Made by a program: the position numbers and the translations under genes. A stretch of DNA of 64,000 nt from Eledone cirrhosa (taxonomy: Eukaryota), in the NCBI GenBank assembly GCA_964016885.1, contig OZ024742.1, forward strand, positions 193,254,001 through 193,318,000, written 5' to 3'. This document shows, one piece after another, positions 39,532-56,335 of this stretch. The notes under the pieces were generated by a model. That model made no database searches and was not told the origin of the DNA. It saw only the letters and a list, made by a program, of their open reading frames with translations. The first letter of the stretch is position 1; every line of letters begins with the position of its first letter.

Positions 39532-39579
<48 letters not shown>

Positions 39580-39825
39580 AAACGAAAAATATATATATAT
39601 CGTTTATATCATTTATTTTGTTTGATCTGTTTAGCTTGACTTGTTTTTTGGCTTAAGTGGTTAATGCCTTCTTTACCACTTTTCAGTTTGTATGGCGTTT
39701 TAAGATATTGTTTAGCTGTAGTTTTTCTTAACTATTGGAGCGCTTGCCACCATTTCTACGATTTTGCGTTTCGTTTCGCTTTATCTACCAGCCGAAATAC
39801 GATTCTCGCTGAATATATATTTTTT

Positions 39826-39882
<57 letters not shown>

Positions 39883-39988
39883 CCAGAGAGGCACACGCGG
39901 TAGATACTCGGAGCCACACGGGTATACATTACTATATGCGTCTGCGCGTGGCAGGAGATATGGAGTTATACTGCTCATCATGCACTGG

Positions 39989-40040
<52 letters not shown>

Positions 40041-40074
40041 GTTTGTGTGTGTGTGTTTGTTTGTGTATGAAATA

Positions 40075-40176
40075 TATTGTTTCTACTTTTGGCACAAGGC
40101 CAGCAATTACCCAGTACATTATTGGCACTTTATTTTATCGACCCCGTAAGGATGAAAGACAAAGTTAACCTCGACG
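40075..40176 (-). mobile_element. 5'-truncated SINE (similar fragments at 42593-42682 minus and 47004-47141 plus)
   Basis: Matches the 3' half of the SINE family. Confidence 0.85.
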
Positions 40177-40299
40177 TATAAAATATATAATAATATATAT
40201 GTAGTAAACGAAAGATATATACTTTATAACAACTCTATTATTTATTTTAATATATATATTTTCATCATTTAAATTATTGGTAAAATTGGTGTTAACCGA

Positions 40300-40885
40300 T
40301 TATCATTAGGAGCTAATTCCCTATGAATAGTTCTGAGATTTCTATTATTAATTTTAGCTATATTTTGGATATATTCCAAGCGGTTGAGTATAAGAGTTTA
40401 AGTGTATATCTATAATAAATTCTAATATATTTATGCGTTTTGGGGAAGCATTTATCACGAGCATTTAAGAAGTGAGCTAAGTTTTCTTGATTCCTAGTGA
40501 TAGTGGTGGAGAATACAATAAAATAGAACGGGAACGGATTCTTTTACAAGGCTTATTGGTTTTATAGCAGTTATGTCTATTATATGACTGATTTGGTCTA
40601 GTTCCATGGCTTATGTTACGGATATTAGCATTATTATAATTGCTATAAGATGTATGTGCATTAGTATTGATACTAAATGAATGTTGATTTACATACATGG
40701 GGGTAGTGTGAACATTTTAATCTATATATTCAATTTTATCAGAGTAACCTGCTCCATTTAACGCATTTAGCCTTATTGTCAAAAATGTACTTATAAGCTG
40801 AGAGTCTAGAGAGACTTTGCAGAACGCTGTTTACTATAGCCTTTTTAACATTTCTAGGGTGGTTTGAATGGAAGCTAACATAATA
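40300..40885 (-). mobile_element. Penelope-like RT thumb/linker fragment
   Basis: YVSFHSNHPRNVKKAIVNSVLQSLSRLS and RSILLYSPPLSLG parallel the 14096-15489 region. Confidence 0.75.
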
Positions 40886-40919
40886 TATATATATATATAT
40901 AAATATATATATATGAATG

Positions 40920-41515
<596 letters not shown>

Positions 41516-41989
41516 AGTGTATGTGTTTGGTTATATGCGTGCGTGTGTGTGCAAATGACGGCGGATAAAGCTTGAACATTGAATTCGAGGTTTTCGTTGT
41601 AATAACAGGGCATATAAAAATCCTGAATAGTAAATAGGGTATCAGTATATATACATGTTGGTGTAAGTGGTCACCTACTTGGTCGGCAATCAGAGGGTTT
41701 GGTTCGACCCCTACGTATGCTGATACAATTATCTTGGGTTCTGTTATTAGAATATTTTCGTTAACGAAAAATACGACGAAACCTTGTAATTCAACATATA
41801 TATAATGGAATCTCACGTCGATTTCGAATTTGAAATTCAAGCATTCAGGTGTTTGTTTTTATTTTTTATTTTTTTCTAGTTTCGATGTTTGTGTATTGTG
41901 AGACTTTATTCCACCTAAAAATGCCGAGCCGACAGAGTAAACTACAGATTGAACATGAATAAAGAATATTATACGAAAAGAATTGGCAT

Positions 41990-42480
41990 GTTAGGCCGAT
42001 TCCTCACCTTTGATCTCATGTATTCAAGAAGATTCACAATGCTTGTTTCATAATTTTATTTGGTTATATAGAAAGTTAAACTTCTTTCATTCCGATTCGA
42101 TGCAGGTTTTTCAAATTTTTTCAAGGAATTGTTGTCATTTTCAGGTTAGATTCGCGTTTTATTTTGTATTCTAACCATGGTCTTCCTACTTTTAAAATTC
42201 GATCGAAGAAATGGGTATACATGAGTAATTTTGGAATGCTATTGTCACATCTTCCGACGACTTGGCCAACATTAATTTGCGTTACAAATGTAAGGCTTCA
42301 ATGCCAGATATTTTTCAATTAGAGAAGAGATTAATATGTGAGATTCTGTTATCTAACTATATCCAAAATGACCCAAGTTTTCGATTAGTATATCCACCAA
42401 ACTAGTTAAGAAATGAGCGAAAGGGGACTTAAGCTTCCGATCCGGAAAGTATAGTGGAAGGACTTCAGCTGGGTAGGTAT
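41990..42480 (-). mobile_element. RTE-like LINE 3' fragment
   Basis: Remnants SGIEAL...IPKLLMY...KVGRPWLEYK resemble the RTE C-terminal RIPK.LLY...GRP..RYKD. Confidence 0.55.
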
Positions 42481-43434
42481 TAATTTTTGTTTTCAATTAT
42501 ATTCCTTGTTCTTCCCACATACGATAGCGAAGTTTGCGTATATACAGAATATAGGTAACCGAAACTACTTAAATGTCTACAAATTGACACATATAATTGT
42601 TTTTACATTTGGCACAAGGCCAGTAATTACTCAGTGCATTACTGGTACTCTATTTTATCGACCCCGTAAGGATGAAAGGCAAATAATGACATGGAAATAT
42701 CGACATGAAAATAGCGTCGTAGAAATATGTGAAGCATTACTTATGTCCCACTAAATTGAAAAATGGTAAGTTATATCTATTGTCGAATATTTTGGCTTTG
42801 TATCAAGCACAGAGTTATATACTTTAAAAAGCCACAACAGAATAGGTAACAGAGATACTTAAATACCCTATCACTCTTTAGTAAAATATAATTATATCGA
42901 CGTACATATTCACTTAACATTATTGCCCATGTAAGATAAATTTAGATACAGAGATAGATAGTGTGTGAGAGTGGGACAGTGAGATATAATTTTTGTTTTA
43001 ATTTAATTCCAGGTCAATAAGATATTTCATTTTTAATAAATCATTTCACAGTTGTATAAATAACATTACATATATTGATGGAAATATGAAGGGAAATTAA
43101 AAAACAGATAAAACCAAAACCGAGCAACGAAGGAGTGTTTTAACAATCTACGTACAAAATGAAGGCAATAGATAGAATTCACGAACGATTGGAAAACATT
43201 TCTATATCGAATATTTAGTTATTTACGCGTTTAAAAAATATATATGAACATGTAAATACTTATAGAGAGTTTCAAAGACAAAACTAGACCACCCCTGACC
43301 CGTCGGGTCACGTTCCCTTCAAAATATTTTTTTCAAAATCATGTTCACATAAAAATAGTTTTTAAATAATTGTAACATACACAGACATGTGAAATGAAAT
43401 TGGAAGGCCCATATATATATATACGTGTGTGTAT

Positions 43435-43492
<58 letters not shown>

Positions 43493-43758
43493 ATACATAT
43501 ATATATATATATGTGTGTATATATATATATAAAATAAAATAACAGGAGGCTGGACTTCTGTAAAGCCTTTAAACCTTTCAAGGATTTACACAAGTCCAGC
43601 CTCCTGTTATTTTATTATAATAATTAACTCCGTACTCGCAGCACCAACTACACAAACGAAGACGATTGAGCTTCTTTACGTTGAGTACTCTCCATATTAT
43701 TACATCAAGATTGACCATACGGAATGACCAACTCTATCCAGTGGTGAACATTCAAACC

Positions 43759-43762
<4 letters not shown>

Positions 43763-43827
<65 letters not shown>

Positions 43828-43874
43828 GGGTGTCTGTGATCTATATACATTGGTCATAGACAGACACACACACA

Positions 43875-43937
<63 letters not shown>

Positions 43938-43942
43938 ACACC

Positions 43943-44024
<82 letters not shown>

Positions 44025-44050
44025 TACACACATATACTTACACATATATA
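43763..44050. repeat. (TA)n/(CA)n compound microsatellite
   Basis: Directly visible; (GCAA)n also at 44298-44347. Confidence 0.95.
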
Positions 44051-44313
44051 CACAACAACTCTTCCATTCTCCTTCTCTGTCTCCTCTCATTCTCTCTATG
44101 TCCATTTCAATCTACTCTCTCACAACCAGTATCTCTTTCTCTCTATCTTTCTCTCCTTCTCTCTGTTTATGAAGGTACCCAGAAAAACCCGGGAACCCGT
44201 GCTCCGATTTACGCGAAACTTGTTTTATTCAATTTGTATCCCCATTTCAGGGTCAACTTCCTTTCAAAGTATTTTCCCATTATGCTCCCTTTGGGGAGAA
44301 GCAAGCAAGCAAA

Positions 44314-44348
<35 letters not shown>

Positions 44349-46404
44349 TTACAGAGTTTTAGTAGTATATAGATGTATCTTTCTTTGTGTATATCATTAA
44401 ATATCTACTTAAGTACGTTTGAATATTGTCGTTGAAATGTATTTTAAAATCACTAATTAGAAAAGTCACATGCTATAACGTCTTCTTAAGTTTAGACCTT
44501 GACGCTACAACTATAAAACTGGTCATTGTCGCCCGTAACGTGCTGAAGTCGAAAATATCCAAATATTAGGACTTGACAACGCTTCATTTCCTTGTGACTA
44601 CCAGTGTTCCTTTACGTCCCGTGACTGCCATTCTATCCGCAAGGAATCTTGGATGTATCATGCCCCATACAGAAGAATCCCCGTGAGTCTGACTCGAAGC
44701 TGAAAAGGACATCACTAGCTGTTTTCCGTTTTATATGCGATGTGAGGCTGAGATATACCACCAAGCAAGATATGTAAAGTTGTTCTCCTTCTTCATTGAA
44801 TGTCTACCCCATGTTTCTCTTTTTCGGTTTATTATTTCAATCTTCTTTTCATTAATATTTCCATCAATTTATAATTCTTTTGAACAATAATTTGCTTGAT
44901 CTACGAATGGAAGTTGCAAAATTAGTCGTTGATCAGCACTAAATCTGTAACACCCATTTTATGAATTTTACAATTTAGTGAAGATGTAATAAATCAGAAA
45001 ATGACTCTATTGATTTTTAGTATTCAGTGACTATAATAATATAAGAGATTCCAATTAAATTATCACTAATTAATGTATTCATTATGAATAATGAATGAAT
45101 TAATTATGCAATGACCGACTATAGAGATTATTATCAAATTTTATTGTACGAAAAAACAACAAAAAACAAAGAAAGCATCCTACGTGGAAATTTCTGCGCT
45201 TTCGATGAACTTGCTAGATATTGTGGCTAAATATCAATTATTCTATCGACCTGTTTATTGTCGAAACGCTAAGTTAAGGGTCACAAACGAGCAGGAAATG
45301 TAAATACAAACACAGGCAAAAATATACATACATGTATATGACGGGCTTCCGTAGTGTTTCCTTCTACTAAATTTGAGGCACAAGTCAAATCTAGCAAACA
45401 GTTGCCAAAAACATGGCTGCCTAGTATTGAGATGAACGCGCAACCATATGGTTGTAAAGATATCTCAGCAAAGTCAAAGCCATTCAAGAACTTTTTTGTT
45501 CTTGTGATAGATTTCACAAAATGAAATTAAAAAAAAAGCATTTTCTATGTTATATGAAATATTATTAATATAAGGACAGATTCATGCATCTAGAAATGTT
45601 TCTATAACTTATCTGAATATTTGTTCATATAAGTTATTCATTAACACGGTGGCTACATTTTGAAAAAGCTATATGTTATTCCTCTTTTCTGATCTCTTTC
45701 TTGTTCACTTGAGATTCAGTACAGCGCTTAAAATTAAGAAGAAAAATAAAACAAATGGAAATATTCTTGCTTGGGTATTTGCCCAAGGATTTATTGGGCA
45801 AACAGTGAGTGATGGAATAGAAATTGTGATATCAATACACAATAAGGATTTAAAATATCAGGTTTAATTGTAAGAAGGAAATACAAAATCTAAATGCAAT
45901 GAACATTCAGTCTTATATTATCAAATGAGAGTAAACCATATTCTAGAATGTTGGCCAGATAAACATATGGACAGTAAATATAACCATAGAAGGAACATTT
46001 GTGACACTCATGAATATTGAAGGGAAAATATATTAGGAATTTTCTGCATACTAAACATTTATAAGATAGGGTATCACATCTATGGTAGTGGGACAGAAAT
46101 TGTCACCTAGTCAATTAAATCCACCTTGTCCTTTAGTGTAAGTATCCTCTCCCAATCATCGTGGAGGCCCTGCAGGAATTGAAAGCCACTCCCCTTCTCA
46201 CCCCGACTAAAGAGTATAACATAATCAGTTGGATTAATGGAACAGCCTGTTCACGAAATTAACATGTAAGCTGCTAAGCATTCCACAGCTATATCTACCT
46301 CTAAACTTAATTCTCAGTTAGATTCAGCGCACGATAGAATATGTGACGTGGCTGCTCCTTTGAATTACAATTTTCAATTTGCATAGGTTGATTATACTAA
46401 ACGT

Positions 46405-46717
46405 ATTGGCTTTAAACATTACCTCATCTGATAAATGTGTTGAGGGAGTGTTTATGAATTACGTTTGCTTTTCAGTTTCTAGATAGCATTGGTTGGTATG
46501 AATTTATTTGCGTTCAGCTTATAGCGAATAACCGTCTTTTTGCCGTTTCTTCATTACACACACACACGCACACACGCACACACGCACTCACAGACACACT
46601 CTCTCACACACACACACACACACACAGACACACACACACACACACACACGCACACACACACGCACGCACACACACACATATATACACACACACACACACG
46701 CACGCACACACGCACGT

Positions 46718-46751
<34 letters not shown>

Positions 46752-47144
46752 CTATATATATATATATTAAAATAACAGATTAAAGTTTAGGCAAAGAATC
46801 GCTGCTTTCACACTTAACGGGATCTTCTGTTTCAGAAGATTCCGTTAAGGGTGAAAGCAGCGATTCTTTGCTTAAACTTTAATCTGTTATTTTAATAAAT
46901 AATTGCTCTAGTGTTCTCATATATTTGATATATATTTATTCTCATCGAGCCCTCTTAGGATTTTAGTCTTCACATTTATCATTATTACTATTATTATTAG
47001 TATATAGTTACGTCCCTTTACGCTCTGAGTTCAAATCCCGTCGAGCTTAACTTTGCCTTTCATCCTTACGGGGTTGATAAAATAAAGTACCAGTAATCTA
47101 CTGGATAATTGGTGGCCGTGTGCCAAAAGTAGAAACAATTATTA

Positions 47145-47214
<70 letters not shown>

Positions 47215-47365
47215 AATAAAGAAATGGCAAAAAGGCGGTTATTCGCTACAAGCTGAACGCAAATAAATTCATACCAACCAATGCTATCTAGAAACTCAAA
47301 AGCAAACGTAATTTATAAACACTCCCTCAACACATTTATCAGAGGAGGTAATTTTTAAAGCCAAC
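46405..47365. repeat. ~155-bp inverted repeats enclosing microsatellites, a family A fold-back (46767-46992) and a SINE
   Basis: 46405-46560 is the reverse complement of 47211-47365. Confidence 0.85.
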
Positions 47366-47409
47366 ACATAACTTATATTACAAACGCACTGACACACATA
47401 CACACAAAC

Positions 47410-47459
<50 letters not shown>

Positions 47460-48269
47460 CACACACACATGTATATATACATACGTTGGTGTGTGTGTCT
47501 GTGTCTTTGTAATATAAGTTTTGCATGTATACAGTTTCTATCTACCAAATTCCAACCCTAATATATAGGTCAACCCAACGTGTCACGCCAATTGATCGAA
47601 TCCAGGATGATCGGATGATTTTCGAGGGAGAGATATAGCTGCTATTTCTTTTAGGTCCAATACCCATTTAGATTGTGTCTCTTTGTTTGATTAATATTGG
47701 ATTAGAAGTTGGAATGGAATTATTTTCTAACTTTAGTTTTAGTTTCCAGACAATTTCTATGTGTATGTATCAAAATAAATATATCGTCCACGAATCCTGA
47801 TGTACATTCTGAGTTTTCGGTCTGACTTGATTTTTTACTGAAATGGCGAATGCTAACACACACACATACACATACACATATACACACACGCACACACACA
47901 CATACATAGACACTCACCCTCTCTCACTCACTCTCACTGTCTTTTTCTTTCTCCGTCTCTCTCACATACATGCATATGTTCATACCTCCATGTATATACG
48001 AGTATGTGCTGTCTCGTAACTTCTGATTTGGGACGTTTAGACTCCATAGTTATATATGGCGTGTCACGAGTGTTTAGAATATGGCAGAGCTTATGGCTTC
48101 CCCAGGTCTGAATCCAGGCGATCTTCTCCTGGACAGGAGAGTAACAGAGAGAATGAGAAATATATAAAGAGGGGGGAACCGGCCCCAATACTGGACAAGT
48201 ACGTTTTTATAAACCTGGAAATGATGAAAAGCAAATTCACACTCTGTGGCATTTGAACTCAGAGCGGAG

Positions 48270-48705
48270 AGTGACGTAACATAGAGATGTTTATATTTAT
48301 TAAGACATGGAATCAAGTAGTATAGAAGGTGTACCGTATTATGTAAGTGTGGTAAAAGAAACGTTATTAAGAAAGTATAAAAATCAATATGAAGGTGGTT
48401 TAAAATCAAATGAATTCATTGATTGATACCGATGAGTTGGCCTTCAATGAGATGTATATATTCTCTAGAACTTTCATTCTAAGTGTAATTATTGTTCGCA
48501 GATGACAATTTCTGACTGAGGCAGAGACATCTATCGTTACCGTTGATATAAAGTTTGGATCTTTCAATAAATTCAACCACCCTAATATTGATTTCTATAC
48601 TTCCTTAATATATTTTCTTTCTGCACACTTGATTAATAAGTTATACCTCTTATCCTACTCAACCCCAAACGTTAATTAATATAAACATCCTTATGTTACA
48701 TAACC
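48270..48705. repeat. Diverged inverted repeat pair
   Basis: 48270-48410 and 48570-48705 are imperfect reverse complements. Confidence 0.6.
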
Positions 48706-49065
48706 ACCACATAAAACCATACATCTTCTATATTGCGCCCACACGAACACTAACATAGCCATTTGAATTTTACGTCATTGAATTATTTATTGAATACCCT
48801 TTAATAAAGAAGCATTTAACACGCTATAGTTTTAATGGTATCTTCAAACTTTTCCAAGCGCCTGAAGATTAGGCAACAAATTTGATCGCTCTTACAATCT
48901 GGGGAGAGGGTCATATTTGGGGCTTGAAACCTCAGGCAGCCCTTTTACTCCCTATATGAACATAAATAAATCATGTAATATATCTCATACCTGATTGATC
49001 ACTGTTCCATTTTTCATTTTTCACATCCAAACACCCCCACCATGAATATATATATATATATAGAG

Positions 49066-49350
49066 ACAGAGAAAATTGAGGTTGGTAATGGCACATGGAA
49101 TATATAAGAGACAGAATACTTTTTTGTGAAAAAACATATAATTTTATAAGGTAAGGAAAGAATAAAGGGTATAAGAAATGACCGGTTTCGATGGGTCTGC
49201 AAAAGCCATCTTTTCAAATGTTGACCCATCGAAACCGGTCATTTTTTATACCCTTTATTCTTTCCTTACCTTATAAAATTATGTTTTTTCACAAAAAAGT
49301 ATTCTGTCTCTTATATATTCCATGTGCCATTACCAACCTTAATTTTCTCT
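49066..49350. mobile_element. Fold-back element carrying a UUGAAAA hammerhead
   Basis: ~130-bp arms. Minus strand 49176-49221 reads TTGAAAA-GATGG..CCATC-GAAA-CCGGT-C; stem I is weak. Confidence 0.8.
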
Positions 49351-52300
49351 ATAACCTTCGTTTTGTGTAGAAACTTACACTTTTCATATATATATATATA
49401 TATACACGCACACATACATGCAAGCATACATACAGAGACACATATGTAATATATGCATATATATATGTGTGTATGCGTGTATTTATATATATATACATAT
49501 AAGAGAGACAGAGGGTGAGAGAGAGAGGGAGGGTGAGAGAGAGGGCGGTGAGAGAGCGAGGGAGTTGTGAGTGTGAGGAGATAAGTACATGTCCATATAA
49601 TGGATTGCAATGTAGGAAGTGACATACAGACATATATTTGGTAAATGGCATTTTCATAAGATCGAAAAAGAAAGTATTCAAACTGCCAATCAAAATCTCT
49701 GAACATCTCTTATATGACCATTCCTTCTTTCTGAATGTACACTTGGGATATTATATAACATCCTGTTATGGCATATATCAACCGCAATGAAATGTCAAAA
49801 GCTACAAACCCACTTCATAATCGAATGTAAACAAAAGAACCCCCCGCCCTCTTTCAAACGACATATAGTGAGATGGAATCGGTTTCATATGCAATTTTTT
49901 CAAGATATAACTTTATTAATGGATTTCTAGTCTAGTAGATTTGAGGAAAAGGTGATGCGGCTGGTGAAAATATCTTACAGTATTTATTTTCGAGGATTTG
50001 ACTTTCAGAGGTTAAATTTCACTAAAGTCAACTTTGCTGTTCCTTCAGTCTAACGGCTCGATGAAGTAAAGTAGCATATAATATGCTATAACTGGAGTAT
50101 TGTGGATAGGTCTGTGTATAATCAATGCAACGAAAGATAAGTGCGAAGGTCAAAAGAAACATAACAATCAAAAAAGAACCTTCATGTAACTATTGTCAGC
50201 CAAACAATGTGACCTTCTATTTCAGTTTTACTTTATCGTTTATTGTGATATCACCAATAAAATCTTCTAAATTATTTTCCTGTGACAATTTAATCGAAAA
50301 TAAGTTTATTCGAAAGGTTTTAGCCATATAACATGTCAAATAGAAAATCACTACGCGGATGATCACCTTGCTGGAATTCGCAGGTAATTATCTGCTAATC
50401 ACTCTAATGGATAAATTATCCCCTTTATATATTATGCTTAACAATCATACGACTAAAACATATATATATTAAACCTACTTACAGTTCCTTCGTGACCTGG
50501 GGATTAATTGAAAAATGTATAGACTGACCAAGATACTTTCCTGGAATGACCAAACGAGGTTTATCTTTCAACACACTTCCTGAAAAGAAACAATGCAGTC
50601 ATTAATAAGACGAGTTAAAATTAATGCGTGTAAGATTTCACAGCCCTAGCATCAATCCATCATAATCATCCTATGAATCTTTCAGCTCATCCTCCTACTT
50701 CGAAATGAAGTACACAAAATCATTCCAGCGAAGACCACATTATTCAATACGTTCGTGAATCTTTTGAATGTAGGTTAGATTTGAGTAAGATTAGACTTCG
50801 ATGTCTAGCAAATTGAGTGAATACGTACAGTAGATACTTTCATATTAACTTAGCTGGATACTTTCTAAACTTGGCATGAAACCAAAGCTTGAGGAGAAAT
50901 ATATATTTGATTAAATCGTCTCCAGAAAGTTATTTAAAATAGAAATTACAAAGCCTCTCCTATACGGTATTGTATTACACAAGGAATTTCATTTGCCTAA
51001 AGTATAATTCAGTTTGCCAATCGAATAATTCATTCAAAACTATTTAATTTCTGCTATAACTCAATTCATAATTGTTGTAGTAACAAAAGGAAAAAAGAGA
51101 TAAAAGCAAATACATAAAAAAAAATATTTTTTTAACAATGAACGATTTTTGAAAACAATTTATTTTTAAAGCAATCTAACTTTTTGTTTAGTTTGCAACA
51201 GTTATAACCCCAAAATCTAAATGCTTTTTAACATTCTATTAAACTTAATATTCAAATTATCATTTTTAATATAATTGACAACGGTAATGATGAATTTAAT
51301 TGCTCCATAATAGCATTACGGAAAGCACAAAATCAATAATTGATATTAGCTATTATTGATGATTTTTTTCATTTTTTCCACTCGATAAAGAACACGGTGT
51401 TGTTTTCCTAATATCAATTTTAACAAAGCGCATTTTGAATCAGTTTATTACAGTGGAATGTTGCTGTTGATAATATTATAACAACCCAGAGAGAGATACT
51501 TTTGAGCAAGATTTTTATAGTATAATGCCATCATTATCTAGACACCACATTCACCTCAGTTGACAAATTAACTATGGATAATCACAAACAAATATACACG
51601 ATTATACAAACAGGCTTGAGCAAACTTAGTAATAGGCCTAGGCGTGATGAAAAAGGTAGCTTTTACCCAATTCCTGGTAATATACACACTCCTGAAGTGT
51701 AACGTAGCCTTTCCGGCTGGTAACTGGCCATAGTTATAGATATGATGTAAAATGAAGGCCTCATTTCAATCTTCTCATCAAGTATTTTAGAAAATAGGAA
51801 TAAATACATGTAATATATGCAGAGGTTACATGTATATACATGTACATGTAGTGTACATCACAGAGGACACTCACTATTGAGTACAACATGGTATGTACCC
51901 ATGCAGTTGCAAGCAGACAGAGATACACACCTGACCCGCATTCATCGGATTCAGAGGAACATCCAGGATTTCACAGGTAGTAAAACAAAGGACTGCATTA
52001 CCAGACGTAACAGAACGGAAGAAAAGATAAAAGAACTAAGACTTGAGGTTAGAGACCCTTCTAAAGTTCGTAGGTTCATAACGACTAACCAACATGCAAT
52101 TGTCGTTGAAGGCGGACACAGTCGATGTTATGACTCTGACAAGCTCACACTATCTCTCTCTTAGCGTTGTTGTCGCTGGAAATTGACCTTTCAACGATCA
52201 TTGCCTTGTTAACCCACATGTTCCCTCTATTTAGCTTGCTTACTTGACAGTTCGTGTCCATAGAGTTAATAAATTCATATGTAGTTTTCGAATTGTTCTA

Positions 52301-53079
52301 TCGGGTCTTTTAACTCAATATATTTTTTATTCCTATAATTTTTTCCTAAAGCCATCCATATTAAGTTGTTCTATTATCACATTTATCCCGCCTGAAACCA
52401 CCCTAAATTCTTTTAGGCACTGGATATCCATCACTACATTATTCAATATATATTTTATTTTCAACAAAGTAGGATATTGTTTCAAAGAAATATGGGGGTT
52501 ATGATGCTGTGGTTAGCAATCGATAGAAATCTGAGAGCGTCCTTAGTTGGCTGATATTCAAATCTACGATACCGGACACAACACCACAGAATTTCAGATA
52601 TGTTTAACACGAAATATACGCGATATTAAATATCTTCTACCTTCCACCATTACCATTAAGATAGTAATTCTGTCAAGTATAGACTAATATAACGAGATGA
52701 ACGATAGATTATGGTTGGAGAAAGTTCAACGTTGTTTTTGAAATCTTCTATTTAGTGGCCTTACATAAAAACAACATTGATAACGGTATGAGTTTGTGGT
52801 GTGTATGAATCTGTGTGGTATATTGGTGTATATATGCAATACTTACTCTGCAGTGTATGTAATAGTAACTGAGTGCTGTACTATACTACTTACAGCTATA
52901 GGAATAATTGTCGATAAACATGAAACTCAATGTCCATAATAAATTTCCAAAGATTGTTAAGATGTTAAGAGATTTCCCTACAGATTGCATTGTTGTTTAC
53001 ACAGACACGTGTATGCACTAATAGAAACATGCATACACATGCGGATGTGCAAGTATATATATCTCAATGTATCTTTCTC

Positions 53080-53157
<78 letters not shown>

Positions 53158-53160
<3 letters not shown>

Positions 53161-53605
53161 ATATTGTTATACTTTGGGAGGGTCATGTTGCCAATAAGAA
53201 ACACACGCACCAGTTGCTTTCACTTCAATTTATTATATATTTATAAATTTACAAATTCATAAATCTATAAATTTCTGGTTGGTTGGTTGGTTCCACAACC
53301 AGATAGTTGTTTATATATAGTCATAGTCCTTTCGTCACGCACTCTGTGACCTCTTCAGTGCCTGGGGATTCCTTTCTTTGTCTCCGTGCCTCTCCCTTGT
53401 TCTGTCCTACGCCATTTTGTTTCTGTGTGTGTGTTGTGTGCTCAGTTTGCGCTTATATATATATTATAAATATATAATAAATTTGAAGTGAAAGCAACTG
53501 GTGCGTGTGTTTCTTATTGGCAACATGACCCTCCCAAAGTATAACAATATCGGTTTCAACACACGATTTCAGATAAAGAATCTTGCTAAACAAATTCAGA
53601 AACGA
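53158..53605. mobile_element. Family G pseudo-LTR fragments in inverted arrangement
   Basis: 53160-53250 is inverted at 53455-53550. Minus hammerhead-like CTGAAGA-GGTCAC..GTGAC-GAAA at ~53319-53362. Same family as 57795-58815. Confidence 0.75.
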
Positions 53606-53609
53606 TATA

Positions 53610-54712
53610 TAGTAATAATAATAAATTTGAAGACTAAAATCCAATAAGGATAAATATATATCAAATATATAAGAACCGTAGAGCAAATATTTATTAAAAT
53701 AACAGATTAAAGTTTAAGCAAAGAATCGCTCCTTTCACCCTTAACGGGATCTTCTGAAACTAACAAAGTCAATCTGTAAACGCAGAACTGGATATTTCAA
53801 AAAAACGTTGCAACCGGAGGAAGACAGGAAGACGATACTTTGGTTCGTGGTAACGTTCGCTGGCTAAGAACGGGAAAAAAACGAATATAATACGTCATTA
53901 ATAGGAGCGGTGAAAAACAATTACGCGCAAAGACAGAACCACGTTTATGGTATAATAGAGGTCGTAGACTAATGTTCTCTTTGGTGGTGCATAGAGACGT
54001 TATCTGGCGATGAACGAAAAAAACGAAGATAATACGTCATATGTGGAGCGTGGAGAACACAAAGACAAAACCACGTAAATGGTATAGAGAGAAGTCGTAG
54101 ACTAAATTCTAACTAGGAGACCGAATGAATCTCCGCTACGGAGTTAAGAACAAAGTAAATAAATACAATACAGAAGTAATAGAAATAAATAAATACATAC
54201 ACGCAAACAGAAACGTACATACACAAGCATACGCAAAAACTTACCATAGGTAAACAAAACCACGCACATATAAATATGTGTGTGTGTGTAAGCGTGTATA
54301 CAAATAAATAAATAATTATATAAACGTATATAAATAACTAAATACGTATATAACAAGCGCACGCACATACCTACATGTAAATACACGAATGTTCGGAGGC
54401 GTAGTACACATATACACACGCCCTACACACGTATGAACCTGCATACTCACACAGACGCAAAACTCCCGTATACACATAGCCGAACCATATGTACCAGAAT
54501 ATACAAAAAAATTATACGCCATAACAATCAAATATACGTACGAGAAGGTATACGTACCTTCACAAAACATACGGATAATATATACTTACCTATGCAAATA
54601 AGTAAAGGTATAAAGAAAACATATACTTAGCTCCCACATCGAGACGTAAAATATCCACGTATAGATCGTACTTCTTCGCTTAAACTTTAATCTGTTATTT
54701 TAATAAATATAT
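53610..54712 (-). mobile_element. Longest family A element (~1.1 kb, non-coding) with short inverted end
   Basis: Family A tail at 53610-53760 continues into a unique body with an internal ~95-bp direct repeat (53875/54017); inverted tail piece at 54678-54710. Confidence 0.7.
53702..53777 (-). ncRNA. Extended type I hammerhead fold with non-canonical CAGAAGA core (family A)
   Basis: ACAGATTGA-CTTTGTT-AGTTT-CAGAAGA-TCCC.GTTAA.GGGT-GAAA-G(C/G)A..TGCT-T-AAACT-TTAATCTGT; bulged 14-bp stem I. Confidence 0.65.
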
Positions 54713-54829
54713 ATATATATATATATGAAAAATATGGAGAGAAGAATACTGCAGGGTTGCACATGGATTACATATTATAAAATTAGTCCCTCATCAGTGA
54801 TTCGCCAACGATCATTGGTATTTCATCGC

Positions 54830-54902
<73 letters not shown>

Positions 54903-55142
54903 AGATAGGGTGTGGTGAAGACCAGCTAGACCATAAACAATTAGAGTACTCGATACTTAGAATAGGTAATATGAAAAGATCCAGGACCCCGGCGGCTGGA
55001 GCTCAGCCATCGTGGTGCCGATTCTTTATATAATATAACGTTACCCTATTAACACAAATATCGAGTAATCCGTTGAATAATGGGCTAACCAGTTTCAAAT
55101 TGAATATATCCTGATTTATATACATGTATATACATACATATA

Positions 55143-56335
<1,193 letters not shown>

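Noticed and set aside
44480-44800. Possible RTE endonuclease remnant
   Set aside because: Only a faint VVA..KLKK-like resemblance; too degenerate to support.
48858-48942. CTGAAGA...GAAACCTCAGGCA hammerhead candidate
   Set aside because: U16.1 is missing and stems I and II pair poorly; at best a decayed copy.
50340-50390. Possible short exon ending CAG|GTAATT
   Set aside because: No good acceptor and no recognisable protein similarity.
51817-52164. 115-aa ORF as a host gene
   Set aside because: No splice context or domain; more likely a decayed LINE 3' end.
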